A stretch of DNA of 64,000 bases from Patescibacteria group bacterium (GTDB lineage: Bacteria > Patescibacteriota > Patescibacteriia > UM-FILTER-42-10): contig JBAYGW010000003.1 in NCBI GenBank assembly GCA_041666485.1, positions 16,415 to 80,414 on the forward strand, in the 5' to 3' direction. Below the pieces are notes generated by a model. The model saw only the letters and a program-made list of their open reading frames with translations. It was not told the DNA's origin and ran no database searches. This document shows positions 28,607-37,762 of this stretch, one piece after another (the first letter of the stretch is position 1; every line of letters begins with the position of its first letter). A program made the translations under genes and the position numbers.

Positions 28607-28936
28607 ATGGCAAAAATATTACTTACCGGCATAGGCGCCAGCCCAGGATATGTAGAAGGCACTGCACGACTATTTCATTCTGGCGATGAACTATTATCAT
28701 TTCATGATGGTGATATTTTAGTAACTATAATAACCGATCCAACCATGGTGACCGCGATGGTAAAAGCATCGGCAATAATTACAGATATCGGTGGTATTAC
28801 ATCCCACCCCGCAATCCTGAGTCGTGAAATGGGTATACCTTGTATTGTTAATACGAAGGAGGCAACAAAGATAATAAGAGATGGCATGCATATTAGTGTT
28901 GATGGTCAAAAAGGAGAAATTTATGTCCTGGATTAA
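28607..28936 (+). CDS. stand-alone PEP-utilising enzyme mobile (swivel phosphohistidine) domain protein
   Basis: 109-aa ORF; GGITSHPAILSREMGIPCIV is the PEP-utilizers phosphohistidine signature. Confidence 0.8.
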   Translation: MAKILLTGIGASPGYVEGTARLFHSGDELLSFHDGDILVTIITDPTMVTAMVKASAIITDIGGITSHPAILSREMGIPCIVNTKEATKIIRDGMHISVDGQKGEIYVLD

Positions 28937-29990
28937 TGAGTTTACAAAATCAGCATCAAGTTTGTTTAAAGGTCAGATACTAGCAGGTTTCCAACCGCTT
29001 GATTTTAGTCACTTTCTTCCACTTTGGTATGCTCTATGGATTACTAATATTGCGCATACAATTAAAATACTGGACTTAGAATCAAAACATTTTGATGAAA
29101 TCAATGAAATACTTCCACCACCTTCCAACATGAGGGCAATTCTGGTAAAACTTATTCCCGCTTATTATGCTAATCCCACAAAAAATAAGAAGGATTACAA
29201 CATAGTAGCAAATTTTTTTGCGCGAATGCTTAAAGAATGCTGCCCAAATGATCCATTTGCTCTTAAATCAAATACCATTCATACAAGCACGGAAATTATT
29301 TCCCTTGTATCCAATATAAACTGGAATAATGCCGATATTCAAAGTGCGCGAAAAGTTGGCCAACTTATCACTGCAACCGGGTCACTTGTTCATGGTTTAT
29401 ATAACGACCTTGTAACGGATCTCGGCTGGGAAGTATATGGTCCATATATTTCAACAATAAAGCAAACATTACTAATACGTCTTTTCCCCAATCTCCAACC
29501 AAAAGAGCTATGGCCAGAAAAGTATTTAGCCAGCATGAAAGAAATTACTATCTATGCCACTTATGAAGATGTTGAATGGAATATTTCTTTTGTTGGCTGT
29601 CATACAATTTCTAATGGAAAAAGCCCAGTTGAAGGCATGACAAAATACGCAATTTACGGGGATGGAAAAAAATTAAATCTAATCAATACAGAAAATCTTA
29701 TTGATGAATTATCAAAGAAAGCAACAGATATTTATAGCAACATAAATAGTATGTCCTCTGAGAACCTTAAATTATTGGTTATGAGGCAAGAATGCTATCA
29801 ACTTAAATTATTGTTTGATGAAGCGGGAATCGATTGGCAGCCGACCGCTGAAATGATAGAAGTAGTTAAAAGCAAGCAAATTTTGCATGGAGTATTTCCG
29901 CGTGATAAATTTATTGAATCAACAGAGGAATTTAAGAAAATATTTGGCATTGATGTTTTTGAAAAAGAAATTCTGAATATTTTAAATTAA
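28923..29990 (+). CDS. hypothetical protein (355 aa), translationally coupled to the swivel-domain gene
   Basis: AAAGGAG SD; the ATG at 28923 overlaps the upstream stop by 14 nt. No family recognised. Confidence 0.55.
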   Translation: MSWINEFTKSASSLFKGQILAGFQPLDFSHFLPLWYALWITNIAHTIKILDLESKHFDEINEILPPPSNMRAILVKLIPAYYANPTKNKKDYNIVANFFARMLKECCPNDPFALKSNTIHTSTEIISLVSNINWNNADIQSARKVGQLITATGSLVHGLYNDLVTDLGWEVYGPYISTIKQTLLIRLFPNLQPKELWPEKYLASMKEITIYATYEDVEWNISFVGCHTISNGKSPVEGMTKYAIYGDGKKLNLINTENLIDELSKKATDIYSNINSMSSENLKLLVMRQECYQLKLLFDEAGIDWQPTAEMIEVVKSKQILHGVFPRDKFIESTEEFKKIFGIDVFEKEILNILN

Positions 29991-30001
29991 TTTATAAACA
30001 T

Positions 30002-30427
30002 ATGACCAAAGCACAAATCAAGGGACATCAAGTTGTTTGTTCCGCGTTTATAGAAAGAAATAAAAGGTTTTTGATTGTCATGGATCCCAAATTCAAAGTT
30101 TGGCGGGTTCCCGGAGGCAGACCGGAGCACGGTGAAAAGCTTGAAGATACTTTGATACGAGAAATGCAGGAAGAAACAGGTATAACATTTTCCGACCCCA
30201 AATTCATCGGCTTTGGCCAGGATCAGCAGTTTAAAGTGGATGATAAACTGGAAACATCGCGTTTGATTATGTATTTTCATGTGCATACCGACCAGGAACC
30301 GGTGCTTGACCCGAACGAAGCAGAACAGCACAAATGGGTTACGCTTGACGAACTCAAGGAAATAGATTTAGATAACAAGGAAGGGGCGCTTACCGATTTT
30401 TTTAATCGTAATCCGAATTTTAAATAA
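30002..30427 (+). CDS. NUDIX hydrolase
   Basis: Nudix box GGRPEHGEKLEDTLIREMQEETG. Confidence 0.9.
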   Translation: MTKAQIKGHQVVCSAFIERNKRFLIVMDPKFKVWRVPGGRPEHGEKLEDTLIREMQEETGITFSDPKFIGFGQDQQFKVDDKLETSRLIMYFHVHTDQEPVLDPNEAEQHKWVTLDELKEIDLDNKEGALTDFFNRNPNFK

Positions 30428-30434
30428 AACATTT

Positions 30435-30812
30435 ATGAATGAAAATGTCATAGTCAAAGAGTCAAGTATCAATAATAAAGGCGTTTTTGCCACACGCGAT
30501 TTTAAAAAGGGTGAAGTAGTGCTCCCCTGGCAGACAAATACTATCCTAACCATGGAAGAAGTTAAAAAATTGCCGGCATCAGAAAGAAACTATATCGCCA
30601 ACTATGCGGGGGGTAAATATCTGCATCAACAAGAGCCGGAAAGATATGTTAACCACTCCTGCGATCCGAATACAGAAACTGGTGATGATTGTGACGTAGC
30701 GATCAGAGATATTAAATCTGGTGAAGAAATTACTTCCGATTATTCCAAGGCAAAGTTTAATATGCACTTTGTATGCAACTGCGGGAGTAAAAATTGCCGC
30801 AAGTATATTTAA
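30435..30812 (+). CDS. SET domain-containing protein (putative lysine methyltransferase)
   Basis: NHSCDPN and EEITSDY motifs plus a C-terminal Cys cluster (post-SET-like). Confidence 0.85.
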   Translation: MNENVIVKESSINNKGVFATRDFKKGEVVLPWQTNTILTMEEVKKLPASERNYIANYAGGKYLHQQEPERYVNHSCDPNTETGDDCDVAIRDIKSGEEITSDYSKAKFNMHFVCNCGSKNCRKYI

Positions 30813-30838
30813 GTATATATACTTTAAATGATTGAATC

Positions 30839-31297
30839 ATGTCGGATCAACGAAAAGTAATCCCGGGAGTACATCTCATTTTCCAAAAATATAATAATGA
30901 CATCGGCGAGAACGAGTATCTGCTCCACAAGCGCATGAATACCAACTTTTTTGACAAACACTTTTCCGTTCCCGGCGGGCATATTGATGATTATGAAACC
31001 CCTACCGACTGCGTGGTACGCGAAGGAAAAGAAGAACTTGGTGTGGATATTGATCCAAAATACATAAAATTTGCTAATGTACTTTACAGGATTAAAAAAT
31101 CCGATCATGAAGTGCGCATTGACTTTTGCTACATCATTACCAAATGGAAAGGCATATTGAAGGCCAATGAACAGCATAAACACTCTGAGCCGGCCTGGTA
31201 TCCACTCAGCAAATTCCCTACACCCGTAGTTCCTTATGTATTGCAGGCAATACAAGATATTGAAAGTGGAATTGCATACACAAAGACAGATATTTAG
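30839..31297 (+). CDS. NUDIX hydrolase
   Basis: Nudix box PGGHIDDYETPTDCVVREGKEELG. Confidence 0.85.
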   Translation: MSDQRKVIPGVHLIFQKYNNDIGENEYLLHKRMNTNFFDKHFSVPGGHIDDYETPTDCVVREGKEELGVDIDPKYIKFANVLYRIKKSDHEVRIDFCYIITKWKGILKANEQHKHSEPAWYPLSKFPTPVVPYVLQAIQDIESGIAYTKTDI

Positions 31298-31351
31298 TGG
31301 GGAATAAGAATCATAATAATAACCTGGGTGCAAGAATTTAATTCAATATAA

Positions 31352-31789
31352 ATGTTTACAATCGGAACATTCGGCATAATCAAAGATGAAAATGAACGGG
31401 TATTACTCTGTCACCGCCGGGATTATGATTTTTGGAATCTGCCTGGAGGCGGAGTAAAAGAAAATGAAACTCCCTGGGACGCTGTAATTCGGGAAATAAG
31501 GGAAGAAACGGGACTGGAAGCTCGGATCACTCACCTCTCGGGCGTGTACAGCAAGCCGGATAAAAATGAAATTGTGTTTTCTTTTGTTTGCGAAATAGCG
31601 GGCGGGGAAACTACTTTAACTGACGAGGCGGACAAAATAGCATATTTTGAAGTTGACCAGATTCCTAAAAATACTTCCCCGAAACAAGTGGAACGGATCA
31701 AAGATTATTTTGCTGATCCATCCAAAACCCACTACAAGGCGCAAACCGGCGCGTCATCAATTGATCTGATCAAAGCGGGAAGACTTTAA
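31352..31789 (+). CDS. NUDIX hydrolase
   Basis: Nudix box PGGGVKENETPWDAVIREIREETGL. Confidence 0.9.
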   Translation: MFTIGTFGIIKDENERVLLCHRRDYDFWNLPGGGVKENETPWDAVIREIREETGLEARITHLSGVYSKPDKNEIVFSFVCEIAGGETTLTDEADKIAYFEVDQIPKNTSPKQVERIKDYFADPSKTHYKAQTGASSIDLIKAGRL

Positions 31790-31854
31790 AATTCAGAATA
31801 AATTTAAAACAGTTTATGCAATAAACTGTTCTTTGTTAACAAAAAAACTTAACA

Positions 31855-33075
31855 TTAAAACTTGCTCTTCCTTAAAATATATACCATCAAAACCAATTGA
31901 CAGATACCGACTGCCAATGGAGCCATTAACAGTCCCGTTTTTTGTGAAGTAATTTGAATTATGAATAATAGTATCAGGACGCTAGATATCCTACCGATGT
32001 TCAAAAACAATTCTTTGTCAAAAATATACATGTATTGATTATTCAGCTTCTCATTAGACTCATCGTCCATGATATCTAATACTAGTGGCTCAATCGTTAA
32101 CCACTGAAAAATAGTGGTAATTCCTGAAAATAAAACAAAAATTAAAATATTCAGTGGATGCTCCAGTAATAACAATAAAACAGAAAATATTATATATGAC
32201 GACAATGATACAAAATAAACCGGCTTTCTATGATTATGTTTTGCTAAACGTCCGTACAGATAAGTAATAACCACCACGAATAATGTTACAATCGTGCTGA
32301 TCGTCCCCAGTACCCCTTCTTCGCCAAGGTAAAACAAAATCAGTAAAGTCGGCAGAAAAAAACCGATTCCTTCCAGGATGCCCATGGCAAAACTGATTAA
32401 TCTTACTTTATTCCATTTTGGAGAGATGTGAAATTGGATTATTTTATTTACTTTAGGCGATACATAATCAGTTTTCAAAACCACCATTCCTGAATATATT
32501 AACACTATCATGGCCAGTAGACTTAAAACCCAATATGCTGTTGTCGGCGTATATAACCCGTTACCTTCACCCAAAACAATCAGCCACCCTACTAAAAATG
32601 TAACAATGAGGGATATTAAAGAATTCAATAAGGAAGCGATACTGTAAAAATAATTCCTATGCTGGGATTTCGCTTCCTGAAATGATAAAAAATTCCGGTT
32701 AGCCCAATAAATTCCGGCGCCGAAACCATAAAACCCCCCGTAAGCAAAAAAATTCCAAACACTACTGCCTGAAAAAAATACTGTGACTACTATTGAAACG
32801 GCGGAAACAATCAAACCGACCAAATACAACCGGGCAATCTTTATTCTTTTTAACATCAGACCGTTGACATAAAAACCAAGCGGCAATAAAACAAAAAATC
32901 CGACATTATAAATTACCACATCCGGCAGCGATGAAGTACTCCGCCAGATAAATGAATTGATGAATAATGATAATAGTGGAGATGCAATACTACGCAGTGT
33001 AAATGAAATCATCAGCAGCCGAGACTTCAGAGGAAGAGTTTGATAATGATTCCATTCACGTAAAATAATATTCAT
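31855..33075 (-). CDS. MFS-like polytopic transporter
   Basis: 406-aa ORF with about 12 predicted TM helices. Confidence 0.6.
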   Translation of the reverse strand: MNIILREWNHYQTLPLKSRLLMISFTLRSIASPLLSLFINSFIWRSTSSLPDVVIYNVGFFVLLPLGFYVNGLMLKRIKIARLYLVGLIVSAVSIVVTVFFSGSSVWNFFAYGGFYGFGAGIYWANRNFLSFQEAKSQHRNYFYSIASLLNSLISLIVTFLVGWLIVLGEGNGLYTPTTAYWVLSLLAMIVLIYSGMVVLKTDYVSPKVNKIIQFHISPKWNKVRLISFAMGILEGIGFFLPTLLILFYLGEEGVLGTISTIVTLFVVVITYLYGRLAKHNHRKPVYFVSLSSYIIFSVLLLLLEHPLNILIFVLFSGITTIFQWLTIEPLVLDIMDDESNEKLNNQYMYIFDKELFLNIGRISSVLILLFIIQITSQKTGLLMAPLAVGICQLVLMVYILRKSKF

Positions 33076-33144
33076 AAGGCAATGAATGTTTGATAACTTG
33101 AATATAACTGCATTGTAGTGTTTTTCAAAGCTACGGTCAATCTA

Positions 33145-33179
33145 AAAACTGTCCCTCAATTAATCCGAGGGACAGTTTT
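33145..33179 (-). terminator. hairpin terminator after the PA14/FG-GAP gene
   Basis: AAAACTGTCCCTC...GAGGGACAGTTTT 13-bp inverted repeat. Confidence 0.7.
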
Positions 33180-33191
33180 ATATTAGTTAAT

Positions 33192-34784
33192 TTATTGGAT
33201 GATTCCTCCACCCACCTGAACGCCGTTTCGGTATTCAATTGCATAAGGGAAAAATCCGGCATTGATGATCGGCTGGCCGTAGCGGTTGAAAATTCTGACA
33301 TGCGGTCCTCCGCCCGGCCCGGCACCGGTAATGATTTCATCCCTACCATCCTGATCCAAATCAGCGATTCCGACATTTACTCCCCCTCGGAATGCGGTAT
33401 CATAGGCGAAAAATCCCGGAGTGAACTTAATATTGCCATAGGGGTCAAAAATTCTGACGTGCGCTCCCATTCGTACATTGGTTCCGGTAATTATCTCGTC
33501 CCGTCCGTCTTTATCCAGGTCGCCGGCGGCAACTTTAATGCCGTGCCGGAGATCTTCACGATACGCAAAAAATCCCGGAGAAAATTTCAGATTGCCGTCT
33601 CCGCCAAAAACACGTACATGCGGACCGCCGCCGGATTCTGTACCGGTAATTATTTCTGATTTACCGTCTCCGTCCAGATCGCCGGCTGCAACTTTTACAC
33701 CCAGTAAATAGTTATAATTATAGGCGGAAAATTCCTTTAACAAATAATATTTTCCGTCACGATATTCAAATACTCTTACTAAGTGCCCGCCGACTCCGGC
33801 GCCAGTGATTATTTCTTTTGTTCCGTTACCGTTTACATCCCCAATCGCAACATTGACACCGCCGCCGAAATTTTCGTCATAAGCCATGAAAGAATTTATC
33901 TGTATTCCTTCAATATTAAACAATCTGACTTCCGGTTTTCTGCCGTCCTGCGGACCGACAACGACTTCCGCTATCCCGTCCAGTGTGATATCACCAACAG
34001 CCAGATTTACTCCGCCGAGAAATTCTTTTTCATATACCAAAAATTCTCTGACAAAATTGCCGTCTTTTCCGAAAACTTTAACGTATGGCTCCTCCCATTT
34101 GCTGGTAGCAACAACAATGCCGGTTGATTTTGAGTCACCGATAACCTGAGGAGTTGGAATATTTGTCTGATCATCATCCTTGATCGGGACAGACGGTGTT
34201 GTCCGTGCAGTAATTTTCAGTTTATCCTGATTGCTGAAACTAAACATCATTGATGCTTCATAAGCATTTCTATCAGCATAATAGATATCTACCGTATGTT
34301 TGGATTCTGTTATCGTCTCTATTGCTGTTTTAGTACGTGCGGCATGAACACCGGAATTATCAATCACCAATCTTCCGTCAAAATATACCCATGAATCATC
34401 ATCACTGGTTATGGACAGGACATAGTCGCCAGGAAAATCGGTTGTAACATAAGACTGCCAGTGAACACCGAAATTTCGGTCGTGTCCCAGATTATCCTCT
34501 TCCTTTGCAGAATCAAACGGGAAAAAATTATTACCAAAATTCAAATTATCATCAATTCTGGCAAAACGAAAATACTTATTGTCATACCAGTCAGTATCCC
34601 AAGTGCCTAGCGGATTGCCGTGATTATTATCAGGCCACTTCGCACTGGGAACTGCCATATCAGGATGTAACTCAGAATAGTTATAATACCTGCCATACCA
34701 GCCGGTATCACCTTCCGCACTACGTACCCCGAACGGGATAAATAATCCGACTACTGCCAAAATTAATATTGATTTTTTAATCAT
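33192..34784 (-). CDS. secreted PA14 domain + FG-GAP/VCBS repeat protein
   Basis: Signal peptide, a PA14-like GDYVLSITSDDDSWVYFDG region, then at least 5 repeats of the GDxDGDGxxEIITG type. Confidence 0.8.
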   Translation of the reverse strand: MIKKSILILAVVGLFIPFGVRSAEGDTGWYGRYYNYSELHPDMAVPSAKWPDNNHGNPLGTWDTDWYDNKYFRFARIDDNLNFGNNFFPFDSAKEEDNLGHDRNFGVHWQSYVTTDFPGDYVLSITSDDDSWVYFDGRLVIDNSGVHAARTKTAIETITESKHTVDIYYADRNAYEASMMFSFSNQDKLKITARTTPSVPIKDDDQTNIPTPQVIGDSKSTGIVVATSKWEEPYVKVFGKDGNFVREFLVYEKEFLGGVNLAVGDITLDGIAEVVVGPQDGRKPEVRLFNIEGIQINSFMAYDENFGGGVNVAIGDVNGNGTKEIITGAGVGGHLVRVFEYRDGKYYLLKEFSAYNYNYLLGVKVAAGDLDGDGKSEIITGTESGGGPHVRVFGGDGNLKFSPGFFAYREDLRHGIKVAAGDLDKDGRDEIITGTNVRMGAHVRIFDPYGNIKFTPGFFAYDTAFRGGVNVGIADLDQDGRDEIITGAGPGGGPHVRIFNRYGQPIINAGFFPYAIEYRNGVQVGGGIIQ

Positions 34785-34912
34785 TTTCTTTCAAATTATA
34801 TATTTATCAGCAACGTTGGATACTATCACATTTGTATCCCCCTGTCAATACCTGAAGAAAAAACGCTAAATTTAGCGTTAATTAAAGTCTATAATAATTC
34901 ATTATTCAAACC

Positions 34913-36415
34913 TTAGGTAATTGTAAAAATATTGATTTTTTCAATCGCTTTCTTTGCCAGTTCAATTCTTTCCCTGCGATTCGCGTAAAAAGTGAACAGT
35001 TTACTACCCTTTTTAACTTCCTGTCCAACCCTTTTGTGGAGGTAAATGCCGGCCAATTTTTCTGAAGGCGCACCTAGTGTTCTCGCAATTTCGTCAATTG
35101 CTTTATTATCTACTGCGGTTATTTTACCTGACTTTGCGGAAAGTACACGGTAATACTCACCGCCTAAGACCACTGCGTCGGAATCAATTGTAGAATTACC
35201 ACCCTGTTCCTTGATCACCACCTGCATTTTTTTCCACGCCTTACCTGATACCAGAATTTCTTCCGCAACTGATTTTCCCTTACCGCGCGCCACCTGCCCC
35301 GATATTTCCAGAAGTTTTCCCGCCAAAACCAGTGCTTTATCTTCTAAATCTTTCGGCCTGTTACTTTTTTGCTGCAATACCCGGAGAACATCGCGTGATT
35401 CCAAGGCCGGTCCAACCCCTCTGCCGACCGGTTCATTGGCAAAAATTTTTTCAACATGTATTTTAATCCCAAAACGCTTGCCAAGATACATAAACTTTTT
35501 TTCAATCTCATTCGCGGTCTTCATATCCGGAATTTTTGAGGTGATTCCGACCGGCATATCAATCACCAGATACTTGATACCCATGGCAACTTTTTTCGCC
35601 ATAATACTTACCACCATTTTATCAAACGGTTCCAAGGAGAGTGGTTTTGTCACCTGAATAATCAAATCATCCGCCGGAGCAATATTTAAACCACCGCCCC
35701 AGATCATACATACTTTGTTTTTCATCACCATTTGTTTGATTCTGGTCATGGAAAATCCGACCGGAGCCAATACTTCCATAGTATCCGCCGTACCCGACGG
35801 TGAAGTGATCGCCCGGGAGGAGGTTTTTGGAATATATAAACCAAAGGCTGCAACAATCGGAACAACAATCATAGTTGTCCTATTGCCGGCCAAACCGCCG
35901 ACGGAATGTTTATCAACTACAATTTTATTTCCGGAAAATCTCAACTGCTCGCCGGTTTCCGCAATTGATTTTGTAAGATAATACAGCTCCAGTGGAGTAT
36001 AAGGCCTTGCAAAACTAGACGCGACAAAATATGATGTTTCCACCGGTCCGAGTCTGCGGCTGACAATATCTGCTATGATTGAATGAATTTCCTCATAACT
36101 TAAAACACCGCCCTTAATTTTCTTATTAATTGCTTTTACTGATTCCGGACGTTCAACGATTGAAACCTCAATGATTTGATCTTTCTTCATCGGGTACTTC
36201 GCCCAGATCTCTTCAAAAAAACCGATCTCCCCCGGCTTTATTTCATTTTCCGCCAGGTTTACAGTAGCAAATATTCTTTTACGGTTATGCCAGGACAAAC
36301 CGATATGGTCATTAGCATGAATACCAAAATTGAGGGCTTCTTTTTCATTTAAAAGCACCTTCGGCATCTCGCCGGTTTCAATATCAATTTTTTTTGCCCT
36401 TAAATAAAATGCCAT
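34913..36415 (-). CDS. deoA: AMP phosphorylase (thymidine phosphorylase family, archaeal DeoA type)
   Basis: 500-aa ORF with the N-terminal extension typical of AMPpase and a DKHSVGG phosphate-binding motif. Sits in an operon context with RuBisCO and R15P isomerase. Confidence 0.85.
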   Translation of the reverse strand: MAFYLRAKKIDIETGEMPKVLLNEKEALNFGIHANDHIGLSWHNRKRIFATVNLAENEIKPGEIGFFEEIWAKYPMKKDQIIEVSIVERPESVKAINKKIKGGVLSYEEIHSIIADIVSRRLGPVETSYFVASSFARPYTPLELYYLTKSIAETGEQLRFSGNKIVVDKHSVGGLAGNRTTMIVVPIVAAFGLYIPKTSSRAITSPSGTADTMEVLAPVGFSMTRIKQMVMKNKVCMIWGGGLNIAPADDLIIQVTKPLSLEPFDKMVVSIMAKKVAMGIKYLVIDMPVGITSKIPDMKTANEIEKKFMYLGKRFGIKIHVEKIFANEPVGRGVGPALESRDVLRVLQQKSNRPKDLEDKALVLAGKLLEISGQVARGKGKSVAEEILVSGKAWKKMQVVIKEQGGNSTIDSDAVVLGGEYYRVLSAKSGKITAVDNKAIDEIARTLGAPSEKLAGIYLHKRVGQEVKKGSKLFTFYANRRERIELAKKAIEKINIFTIT

Positions 36416-36420
36416 GATTA

Positions 36421-36475
36421 GTAATTCGTAATTAGCAATTGGTAATTAGTAATTAGCAACGTGTAATTCGCTGTA
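36421..36475. repeat. AATTAC/GTAATT heptamer array (candidate operator) upstream of the AMP phosphorylase gene
   Basis: On the minus strand: TAATTACTAATTACCAATTGCTAATTACGAATTAC, 5 nt before the ATG. Five AATTAC units in about 55 nt. Confidence 0.6.
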
Positions 36476-36516
36476 TAATGCCGTATGTACAGGTCTGATA
36501 TTAAGATGTAAAAAAA

Positions 36517-37761
36517 TTACTTATCCCCATCCTTCCAATGTCTGAGCGCAACGGCTAACTCTCCGTGGTCTTTGGCATACTCATCCAGATCAATCCCCGC
36601 AAGCGTCGCGTCTAATGCCTGTTTAACGGCTGTCGCTCCGGCAAATGTTCCTTCCGGATGACCATGGATACCCCCGCCAAAATTCAGAATTACATCTTTG
36701 CCGAATATTTTATAAAGCGAAGGTATTAAATTGGGATACAACCCGCCTGATGCGATCGGGAATGTTGATTTAATATTAAACCACTTACTGCGCAGAAAAT
36801 CATCTATTTCAACTACATCACTTTTTCCACCCTCCATTTTCCCCACAACCGTGCCGGTGTGCAGCTGATCAATACCTGCCAGACGCGCCAATTTTGACAG
36901 CACTAGCATACTCATTCCATGTTTTTGGTTCTTAGTGAACATAGAATGCCCAGCTCTGTGACCGTGAATTATAAGACCTAAATCCCGTTTGCGTAACATT
37001 TGCACATTATCAAGTCCTACGGAAACCATGTCAATCATTACCACTTCACCGCCGAGGCTTTTGACCAGCTGCGCTCTTTTGATCATTTCATCCGGTTGTG
37101 CTGTTACATTAAACACGCACAATTTTTTGCAGCCTGTTTCTTTTTCCGCTTTATCCCTCATTTTAAGAGTAAGCCGGACTCGCTGATCAAATCGGCTGAA
37201 AGAAAGGTCGGTTAAATTTTCATCATCTTTGACCAGATCAATTCCACCGATAAAGACCTGGTAAGACAGTGTGGCATGCTGCAGAGCGGACAAGCCCAGC
37301 TTTGGTTTCAGAATTGATCCCAGTATGGGCCGGTCATAAATTCCCATAATGCGCCTGATCCCTTTTATGCCGAAACGCGGGCCCTGAAAACTTTCAACAT
37401 ATTCTTTCGGAAAGTCTACATCCACTAATCTGAGATTCCTTATGATCTTCATACTAAAAACATTACCCGCCACACCGGATAAAAATTGCGGGATGCTCCC
37501 CTTTTCAAAAAGCGCCAAGGGATAGGCAACTTTGAATGTATGGGCTTTTTTATCAATATCATATGCTTTCGCGCTCAGCTTCGTGAATGTTGCTTTGGAT
37601 AATGTGGCAAGATCCGTCCAGGTTCCAATAGAAGATTCCGCCGCCACTCCGCCCGCCGCATCGTTAAAATCAACATTGGTATCCATATAGAATGAAGCGA
37701 CAAGTTCTGTTTTCTTCGGCTGATAGCTTTTTTTTACAAATTTTTGGTAAAATTTATTCAT
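36517..37761 (-). CDS. rbcL: ribulose-1,5-bisphosphate carboxylase large subunit, form III-like (II/III)
   Basis: GGIDLVKDDENL (carbamylated Lys motif) and NFGGGIHGHPEG. Start set at MNKFYQ, 1 nt after the upstream stop. Confidence 0.9.
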   Translation of the reverse strand: MNKFYQKFVKKSYQPKKTELVASFYMDTNVDFNDAAGGVAAESSIGTWTDLATLSKATFTKLSAKAYDIDKKAHTFKVAYPLALFEKGSIPQFLSGVAGNVFSMKIIRNLRLVDVDFPKEYVESFQGPRFGIKGIRRIMGIYDRPILGSILKPKLGLSALQHATLSYQVFIGGIDLVKDDENLTDLSFSRFDQRVRLTLKMRDKAEKETGCKKLCVFNVTAQPDEMIKRAQLVKSLGGEVVMIDMVSVGLDNVQMLRKRDLGLIIHGHRAGHSMFTKNQKHGMSMLVLSKLARLAGIDQLHTGTVVGKMEGGKSDVVEIDDFLRSKWFNIKSTFPIASGGLYPNLIPSLYKIFGKDVILNFGGGIHGHPEGTFAGATAVKQALDATLAGIDLDEYAKDHGELAVALRHWKDGDK

Positions 37762-37762
37762 A

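Noticed and set aside
33192-34150. DNA-level periodicity in the 3' half of the large minus-strand gene
   Set aside because: It is fully explained by tandem FG-GAP/VCBS protein repeats. There is no separate repeat element or template/variable repeat pair.
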